A DNA stretch of 64,000 nucleotides from Pseudomonadota bacterium (GTDB lineage Bacteria; Pseudomonadota; Alphaproteobacteria; Rhizobiales; Xanthobacteraceae), in NCBI GenBank assembly GCA_023449855.1, contig JAEXHR010000085.1, positions 1,803 through 65,802 of the forward strand, read 5' to 3'. Position numbers and translations under genes: made by a program. Below, piece by piece: positions 41,120 through 50,800 of this stretch (position 1 is the first letter of the stretch; every line of letters begins with the position of its first letter). The notes beneath the pieces are model-generated. The model did no database searches, was not told where the DNA came from, and was given only the letters and a program-made list of their open reading frames with translations.

Positions 41120-41520
41120 GGGCGTTCGGTCTTGCACTGTTGTTGCTGGCGGTCTCAACGACCGCCCAGGCAAGCAATTGCAATAAGAGCCGCGAATATC
41201 TCCTCGGCGGCCTCGCCGGCGATTTGCAGATGACGCCGCAGACCTATGACTCACTGTTCAAGGTCTGCGAAGCCACGGCGCTGATGCCAAATGTGCAGGA
41301 CGCCTTCATCCTGAAAGATGGCGGCATCGGCGTCATTCCAAAACAGGACACGATCCCGGCCACCGCTGCGACGCTGTCGCGCTTCTGCGACGCCAATCCC
41401 CGCGCCACGCTTCGCTTCATCTCGAAGAAAGATCTGGTGCTGGCAAAATCGACGTCGCAGATCGTCAGCCTGTCATCGACAGGCACAACCTCCTGCAAGA
41501 AAATCAAGGGCCTGACCTGA
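41116..41520 (+). CDS. Hypothetical periplasmic/secreted protein, 134 aa, 4 Cys
   Basis: ATGA overlap with GT4; signal peptide MRAFGLALLLLAVSTTAQA; strong codon bias. Confidence 0.8.
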   Translation: MRAFGLALLLLAVSTTAQASNCNKSREYLLGGLAGDLQMTPQTYDSLFKVCEATALMPNVQDAFILKDGGIGVIPKQDTIPATAATLSRFCDANPRATLRFISKKDLVLAKSTSQIVSLSSTGTTSCKKIKGLT

Positions 41521-41830
41521 GGCCCAGCCCTTAGCTTAAGCGTGGAATCTGAACTCCACCTTCCTCGGCATCCATTATTTCATACGGAATATGGTGTGCC
41601 GACCATGCTGGAGATTTCTTCGAGAGAGGCCAAACGGCTTCGCCTCCCATTCGAGGAGGTAAACGTCAACTTTGACAAGGACCCGTACTCCTAATTCGCG
41701 CGTTTTGTGCGGACTTGAGCCGTTTCCGCTATCCGTCGCAGCACAGACGTTAACTGGACATCGCCTCAGGTCCGAAAAGCGCCAGCAGCCGCGACGTTAT
41801 GAACTGAATAAGACGTCCTCTCAGCGCCGC

Positions 41831-44800
41831 TCAGCGAAGTTTGCCCCGTTCCTCATCGGTCAATAGTTGCTGCTCCTGGGGTGTCAGCTGCCCTGCGCCG
41901 ACAACCTGCACTGCGCTACGTGGATCCTGACTCCGTTGTTCGATGCCAGGATTTTGACGTCCGCGCGACGACTGACCGCTATCATCACTGTCATGCGCGC
42001 CACCATAGCCCATCACCTCGACAATAATTACTGAGGGCGTCTCACGGGTCTCGCGCCCCGGCTGATCGATCGACTTGGTTGAAGCAGCAGCGACATTCGA
42101 CGCCGAGGTCAGCGCCTGGATATTGGGCGCCGCAACGGTCGGGACGCCCACTGCAGTACCCTGCACCTGGATATTGGTGGCATTGAGCACCGCCGTCGCG
42201 GCGATCAGCAGATTGCCGGAGACGCGAATGCCCGCGTCACCCGCGTCGACAAAGCCCTGCGGCGTCGCGAGCCAGACATTGCCGGGCGTGGCCCCCGCCA
42301 GCGCCTTCAGCGTAGCGATGCCGGCGCCGGTGGAAATGCTGCCCGGGCTGAACACGGTGCGGCCGTTCATGTCGGTGCGGAAGGCCGGCTTCACCGTGTT
42401 CTTGCGCGTCTTCGCACCCTTGCCCGCATCGATATTGCCGGTCGTCGACCACATGCCGATGTCGCCGCCACCGAGCGTGTGAACCGCGGCCTGCCCGACC
42501 ATCACGTCGCCATAGGACATCGAAAAAATGCCGCCAGCCTTCTGGGTCTGCAGGCCGCCGCCTTGCTGGATCTGGCCTGCAGCCTGATTGAGACCGAGGA
42601 TCACGTCGCCCGCCGGCGTCAGCAACTGGATATCGCCGCCATCCAGCGTCGCGATGCGGGTTGCTGCCATGCGGATATCGCCGCGGCGTTCCGCACCCGT
42701 CGCCGATGTCGGGAACAGACGCTCGATGGCTGCAAAGCCCTGCGCGTAATTCGCGAGATTGCGCGGGTCGGTATGCGCGGCATGATCAGCCGAGGCGTTC
42801 AACTCGACATAGAACACCTCGCGCACCAGCTGCGACTGATCGTCGGCGCCGAGCTTCAGGAACTCAGTCCAGGCCTCGGTTGCTGTCGGGGCTGGCGATC
42901 CGCGATGGCGACGCTGGATGTAGGCGACGAGACGATCGTCATAGACGCCGCCATTCCTGGCGGGGTCGAGATAGGTGTTGGCGAAGTCCAGATACTGGAC
43001 GTCAGTCATGCCGGCACCGAGAGCGATGGTCGCGCCATCCTTGCTCAGTGCGGGGTTGCGCAGATTGCCGATCGACTGAATGCCGCTGTTGGAATTGCCG
43101 AGATCGATATTGCGGCCGGCGTCGAGTTCCGCAGTACCCGGTCCGGCGATCGTGATCATGTCGATACTATTGCCGGTATTGCCGGATGTCAGCGTGATGA
43201 ATTTGAGATCGCGACCGGCGCGGATCAGCGTCAGATCGGTGTCGTTGACGTTCTGTGCGAGCAGCCGCAGTTCGAGGACATCGCGCGATGCCAGCATCCG
43301 CACCGACTTTGCCGAGACGATCGGGATCGCGGTGGCTGACGTGGTCGTGGTGCCGGTCCTGAAGCTGATATCGCCATTCAAGGCATAGAAGCGCGCCGGC
43401 TCCGGATCGCCGTCATGTAGCAGATAAGTGGCGTGCAGCCGCTCCCGCGCGACGTCGCTTTCCTTGGTGTAGTCCGTCGATGGATCGTCGCTCAGACGCG
43501 CGCGGGCGGTCGCCATGCTGAAGTCAGGCGCGAGAATATTCGGGAGCCGCAGCGGGTCCGCGTCCGAGATCGCGAGACCGGTGAGGCTCGCCACGACAGC
43601 AGCGCCGGTGGTGGCATTGACCGTGGGCGTCATCAGGCGGATCGAGCCCGCGCTGAGGAATTCGAGCGTTCCCCGTGCACTTGGAAACAGCGTCACCGCG
43701 CCGTCAAAGCCGACATCGCCGTTGAACGCCGTGAGCTTGAGGGTCGGCGGCGCGATCAGATAGGGCAGCAGCGGATTGCTGGAGCTGGACACGCTCAATG
43801 TCGCGCTGGCAGCCGTCGGCGGCGTCGAGGTCGAGAACGGGGCGCCCGCATATTGATAGTTGGCAAGCGCACCGGTCGCCTGCGGCGAATTCGGATTTGC
43901 CACGGTCGGATTCAGCGTGAAGCCGACCGATTGGTACAGCAGATTGTTGTCGCCTACGACGTAGGTCCTGCCGCCGGTGGACGTCATCGTGACCGCCGAA
44001 TTGGCCGTATAGGTGAAGAAGCTGCTCCAGGGATTGGCAGCGCCGCCATCGGCATTGCGGGCCACCTGCATCGCAACCGTCGGATTGAAAATCGACTGGA
44101 TGACGACGTCACCACCGGCGATCAGATTGAGCTGCGCATCGCCCAGCGCCAGGATCGGATAGATCGGAAGGCTCGCAACCGTCGTGGCCGCCGACGCATA
44201 GGTATCCTTGACGGTGCGGCCGGTGCCGAACGAGCGGCTGGTGCGGATGTCGCCGATACCTTTGCCGACATAGAACAGGCCGCTATTGATGTTGCCCGAG
44301 GCCTCGATCGCCAGATCGCCGCCGCCGCCGATGAATTTCATCTCTCCATTGTTCACCAGGCCCGATGTCGGCAGCACCGCAGCGAAATTGGTGATGTTGC
44401 CCGAGCTTTCACTGCGTGGATCGCCCGCCTTGATCCTGATATTGCCGCCACCGAGCGCACCGACGCCGCCCTGCTCGAACTGCGAATAATCGATCCACCA
44501 GCTGGTGGGCCGGCCTGCAACGGGAAGGCCGTTGCTGCCGAGACTGCCCTGGCGATACAGCCACGCCGTGATCAGCTCTTCGCTCATGGCCGTGGGCGAT
44601 AGTGTCTTGGTGGTCGTCGACTGCCCGGTGCTGCCGTTGCTGATATTGCCGGCGGCCACCAACGTGACGTCGCCGCCATTGATGCCATAGGTCACAGGCG
44701 ACACGCTGGTCGCCGCCGTGAGCCCTGTGAGGTCGCGCGCGACGCCGGCCGTGTAGAGCACCGAGGCGCGGCCGACGAAGTTCACGTCACGACCGGAATA

Positions 44801-47800
44801 GACCTCGATCGAGCCGGTGCCGGTGCGCACCAGCGTGCCGGCAGCGAGGACGAAATCGCCGGCCTGATGAGCCTGGCGCGTATCGCCGGCAGTGAGATCT
44901 GCGCCTGCGACCAGACGGTACGACCAGGATCGCGCCTTGGCATCGTTGACCGAGTAGAGTTGTCCCGTGGCCGCCAGCGCGGTCGAGAACCCGTCGCTGA
45001 TATTGCCGTTGATGTTGAGGTTGCCGGCAGCGCGCAATGTCAGGACGCCGCCTTCGCCGCCATAGCGGAAGTCACCGAGATTGACATTGCCGGCATTGGT
45101 GACCGTCAGCGATGTCGAACTGGTGACCTCGGCGCCGGCCTGCAGATGCAGCAGGCCCGCATTGAAGCCCGCATTCGCCGACTGCATTTCACCGGCCAGA
45201 CGCGCGCGGATCGCCGCCCCTGCCGCATTGATGAACTGCGCGTTGTCGGCATCGATGGTGGCGAAGGTGAGGATGCCGGCACCGCTGCCCGACGAGGCGA
45301 GCGTGGTGGTGTTGGTGTAGACCTTGTACGCCTCGACATTCACCGCGCCGACGCCGCTCAGCGTGCCGCGCAGATGTGTGTTCGCGTCGATCTCGTTATT
45401 GTTGCTGTTGCGCTTCACGCGCAATGACAGCACGCCATTGTCGCCGCCCGCCCCGACGGTGATACGCGACCCCGCCTGCACATCGACAAATCCGTTCGCA
45501 CTCTCGATAGCGACGGCACCACCATGACCCGCGGCATCCGGCTCCACGCCGCTGGCGTCGAGCGCTGCGGATCCCGCGACGATGACATTGCCCGATGCGG
45601 ACAGACGAATGTCGCCCGGCCCATCGCCGCTTGCGTCGATTCGTCCGGCGACGGTGATGGCGCCATTGTCCGTCGATAGCGTGAAGCGGCGTGCGGCGAT
45701 ACTGGCGGATGCACCGATGACGACATCACCATTGCGGATGCGGAAATTACGTTCGCGATCGAAATGCGCGACGTTGAGAATGGCATTCATCGCGTCGAAA
45801 TCGGTGATCGTCCCGGCATCGAGGCTGAATGCACCATTGCGGAATCCCGCACCGCCCTGCCCGTTGAGCGTGCCACGCAGGTCGAACTGGCCGCCAGCGG
45901 TGACCGTGACTGTCCCGGCATCGCCGCTTGACGAGACATTCAGCAGAGCGCCGGTCGCGACCGCGACATTTCCGGTGGCGATCACATCCACCCGGCCTGC
46001 CGGCGCTTCGCGGGTCACATCGAAGAAGTCCTTGGAGAAGCCGCTGACATCGGTGGTCGAACCGGAGCCGAAACTCACATTGCCGGCCGTCGCCTGCAGC
46101 ACCACGACGCCGCCGGGCAGAACGACATTGCCGTTCTGGGCGATATCGCGCGCAATCAATTTCAGTCGTGCGCCACCGGCATTGGTGGCCGGCGTCTGGT
46201 TGCCTCCCGCGCTGGCCTGCACGATCATCGACCCGTTAGGCGCCTGGATGACACGACTGACCGACGCCGCAGATGTCAGTTGCCCGGCCTCCAGCGTCAG
46301 CGATCCCTTGCGGATATCGAACAGGCCGGAACTGGTGCTGGTGATCGCGCCTGTAGCCAGAATACGGGTGTCGCTGACGCCGTCGATGAAGACATTGCCG
46401 GCGAGAGTCACATCCGTCGCACGAACGACCAGACCGCCGGTGCCGGCCGCTGGAACGGCCGCAGCCGACACGCCGTTCGAATTGGTGAGGTTCACCGTGC
46501 CCGCCGTGATGGTCACGACACTGCTGCTATTCGACGTCGCCACCAATCCCGCGGAGTCGAGCGTGATGCTGCTGCCCTCGCCCGCCATGCCGCCGAATGA
46601 GAATGCGCCGTAGAGATCGATGGTTTCGCGGCTGCGGAGGGTCATGGTGTTGATCTGCGACAATGCGGCCAATGCGCCCAGATCGAGCTGCAGGCCCGCC
46701 AGCGGCGCCGTCTGGGCGTGCTGGAGATCGCCGATGCTGATGTGATTGCTGCCGAGGGTGACGGCCTTGGCAGTCAGCTTGCTGGTGGCCCCGAAGGCGA
46801 GGTTGACGACGGCGCCGTCGATCAGCAGCGAATTGCCGCCGTCGAGCACCACGCCGGCATTGATGGTCACATTGCCGATCGCCGGCAGCACGCCGGTCTT
46901 GCCGTTGCCGCGCTGGAAATTCGGCCGCGCGCCATTGGTCACGGCGAGGATCGCCGCGCCGTCATTGGCCTTCTGGGCCGCGGTCGGCGTGGCGCTGGTG
47001 CCCTGGTCGAGCAGCAGATCCGGCGACGGCGTGCTGCGATACGGACCGGTGGCGCGCAGGATGCTGCCGGTCTTGGCGGTGATGGAATTCAGTGCCACCA
47101 GAATGATTTCGGTGCCGGTGAATTCGGTACCCTGGGTGTCCAGCGTCACGCTCGACGCCGCGACCGTCACCGACGCGCCGTTGAGCACGGTGGCATTGCC
47201 GTCGGCCGAGGTCTGCGAGCGGGTGCCGCCGATCAGCAGGCTCTCGGTCTCGAGCCGGCTGAGCTGGTCGGCCCGCAGCACCAGCGTTCCCGCCACCGGG
47301 GTGGCATCGGTGCCGGTGATCAGGATCGGACCGCCGCTCGAAATATCGATCTGTCCGCCGCGGCCGCCCGCCACCGGCGATGTCCGTGCGGAACCCTCGA
47401 AGGTCAGCACCGAGGTCGCGTTGATCTGGATGCGGCCCGGCTCGTTCGGCAACCGCACCGGAACGACATTGTTGAGCTGCGCCACATTGGCGGTGAAGTC
47501 GCTGAGCGTGCTCTCATTGTATTGCGAGCGCGAGCGGACGACATCGCCCGACTCCACCAGGAATGTCGACCATCGGCCGGACACCCGCGCGCCCGAGAAT
47601 TGATCGGTGAGATAGCCCGCCGTGAGATAGCCGCCCATGGCGGTCTGCCGGTTGGTGCTTGCGCCGAGATCGCTATTGGCCGACGACACGGTGACGCGGA
47701 AGGCACCGGGCATCAATGCGAGGTGGCCCGGCAGCAAGACGTAATTGCCGGCCGGCAGGCCGGGGATGCCCGACAGATAGACGCTGTTGCCCACGGTGAG

Positions 47801-50800
47801 CGATGTGGTCGCGAGGCCTTCGGGTTCCTTCGGCAGCGCGCCGCGATAGGACGGGATCACGGCGAACACGTTGCGGCCCGATAGGACGTCCACCGAACCG
47901 CCGGTGCCCGCGACGAATTCGTAGGTCGACAGATCGCCACCGCCCGATGCCGTGACCTGCGCGCCGGCCTTGACATCGATGGTGGTTCCGGTCAGCGTGA
48001 TCTGCTTTTGCGGGACGGCTGCGGCATTTCCCTTGAACAGGAAATCGGTGCCGTTGCGCGTCACGCCATATGGGATCAAGGCGCCGTCGAGATCCACCGA
48101 GGTCAGGCTGCCCGGCGCCAAAATCATGTTGCTGTTGGCTGGCGCGGCGAGATTTGCCGTCAGCGCCACCGTGGCATTGGTGAGCGTGATCTGCCCCGAT
48201 GGCGCACGCAGCACGCCGCCCTGCACGATATGCGGCGCCGCGATCGTCAGCGAACCGTTGGCCGAGAGCGGCACCTGCGCCGAATTTCCGTTGCTGCGGA
48301 CCGTGACGGTGCTGTTCATGTTCTTGATGGTCGGCGTGCCACTCGCATCGACAGCGTAACCATTGATCACGAAGCCCGCGCCCGTCCGGGTCAGCGGATA
48401 GAGTTCGGCCGCCGCGAACGTGACATCGCCATAGGTGTTGAGCGACGCTGCAGTGGTGGTGCCAACCGGCGGCGTGTCGTTGAAGCGGATGTCGCCGGTG
48501 CTGTTGAAATTGATGGTCGCAAAGCCCGCCTGCGCGGCGGTCTTGAGCAACGGGCTGGTGACGCCGAGCGTGCCGCGATAGGCACGATTGACACCGAATG
48601 TGGTGGTCCGCGAAAAGTCGATCAGATCGGCATTGACGGTGAAACTGCCGGTGCCGCTTTCCGCGGGATCGCCATTGGTGGTGGTGCCCGAGGCATCCTT
48701 GATGCTGCCGCCGAACGCCACATAGGGCGCCCTGACATTCACGGTCACCGAGCCGTCGCCGCCGATATAGCGACTCAGGAACTGGATGCTGCTGCGGGCC
48801 GACAGGTCGACGGGCGCGTCGCTACGAAACACGACGACGCCGTCCTGCGTCGCGAAGATCAGATTGTCGAAACCTGCCTTCTGGAGGCCATCCTCGAAGA
48901 CCCAGAATTGCGGACGCGCGTTGACGGGCAGATTGTCCCCGACCCGCGCGACATCGGAGACGCGGCCGGTGCCGTCGCGCAGCATGATCTTGCTGCCGGC
49001 CGTCTCCGGCGTGGTCGATCCGCTCGCAACATAACCGGGAATCGGGAGATTGAAGGCCAGAGGCAGCGACGTTGCCACCGACGTACTGGGATTGATCGCG
49101 AATGTCGCGCCACGCAGCGACGGATCGCCCGGCTGCACGAGCAGGGTCGGATCGAAATAGAGATAGTTGCCGGGCGTCAGCGTGATCTGGCCGGCAGCTG
49201 TCGCCAATTGCTGGGGGTGCGACGCCCACAGAAACGATCCCTTGATCGATGGCACGAAGGTGCCGGTCGCGCCGGACACATCGATCACCGAGCCGGGCTG
49301 CACCACGATATTGCCGCCGGTCAGCGACACCGAACCGCCGTCGAAGACGCGGTTGATGGGCTGGCTGATGGGCGAGTTCTGATAGGAGCGAACCACGCCG
49401 CCGGCAATCAACCGGGCGCTGGCATCGATCCACAGCGTCACATTGGGTCGATGATAGATGGCGCTGTTGGCGTTGTCGGGGCCGACGGTGTCGAGGGCGA
49501 TGCCGCTCTCCTGATCATTGGCGAGCCTGATCGTGCCGCCCCGCGCCTCGATGGTGCCGAACACCGCAAGCTCACGCGCCGCGCGGATATCGACGGTCGC
49601 GCCGGGATCGGTGCGGATCACCGAACCCGCGCCGAGGATGATGTCGCCGGCCACGCCGCGGTCACCGACGTGATAGATGTCGGCGCCCGACGGCACCGAG
49701 TTTGCGGTCGTCAGCGAGGTGGCACCGTAGTTCGGCGCATAGAGCGCGAGGCTGGTCGGGGCCCGCAACTCATCCGCCTTGAAGCCGATGCTCAACGCAT
49801 CAGACAGTCGCGATCCCGTCGCAAGCCGGTTCAGCGCGACATTAACGGGCAAGAAGCTCTTGACCTTGGGCTCGACGATCGCGCCCGGCGCCACGGTGAC
49901 GCCATTCCAGCCGATGATGCGGTAATTGCTGAAGCCGCCGGACTGGAAGAACGACGGGTCGAGATAGAGTTCGCTGGCGGTCAGCGACGGATCGCCACCG
50001 ATCTGCACCGTGGCCGCCGCAATCGCTAGCGACCCGCCGGTGCCCAATCCGTAGCCGCGCAACTCGCCAGCGAAAACTGAGGCCACGACCTTCGGCAGTG
50101 GGATGACAAGACCGGGGCCGGTCTGGATCTTCTCGATCGCATTGCCGATCAGCGAGATCGTTCCGGCATTGCCGAGCGGCGTGCCGTCGGATGTTCCGGC
50201 GAGCTTGCCATTCGCCAGGACAAGTCCGCCGCTCGATACATCGATCAGGCTGCCTGCAGCGACATTCAGTGCGCCGTCGCCGGTCGCCGCATTGCTGGAA
50301 TCGAGCGTCCGTTCCGCCGAAAGCGTGACATTGCCGCCATTGACCCAGCTCTTGCTGAAATTCAGCGTGCGCGCATTGTCGCCTTCGGACAGATTGATCC
50401 AGAGACCGCTGACATCGATGACGGCATCGGCACCGACCGTGATCGTCTTGGCAATCTTCGGCGCGAGGGTGTTGGCCTGCTGGGCTCCCGCCACGCGCGC
50501 CTGGATCGTCACATCGCCATTCGGCGCGCGGATCGTCCCGTTGATGACGGCGGTCGCCGCCAGCACATTGAAGGAGCCACCCGGCACCAGTACGATTCTG
50601 GCATCGGCGTTGAGCGTGAATGTCTGATTGGTGTTGATGGCGACATCCTTGGCGCCGCTGTCATTGATCAGGTCCGGTCGAAGATAGATCGTCGATGCGC
50701 GATCGCTGCTGAGCAACGAGTCCTTGCCGAAATCCGCTTTCAACACCGATGACGGCGTTCCCACCACGACCTCAGGAAGGACGCGCTCATAGATTCCGCT

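Noticed and set aside
41550..41830. Possible transposase/integrase remnant inside the left cassette end
   Set aside because: Short frames on both strands show no recognisable DDE or recombinase motifs.
41831..42100. Haemagglutinin C-terminus as a CDI toxin domain
   Set aside because: No VENN-type pre-toxin motif or downstream immunity gene seen; the C-terminus is DUF3739-like.
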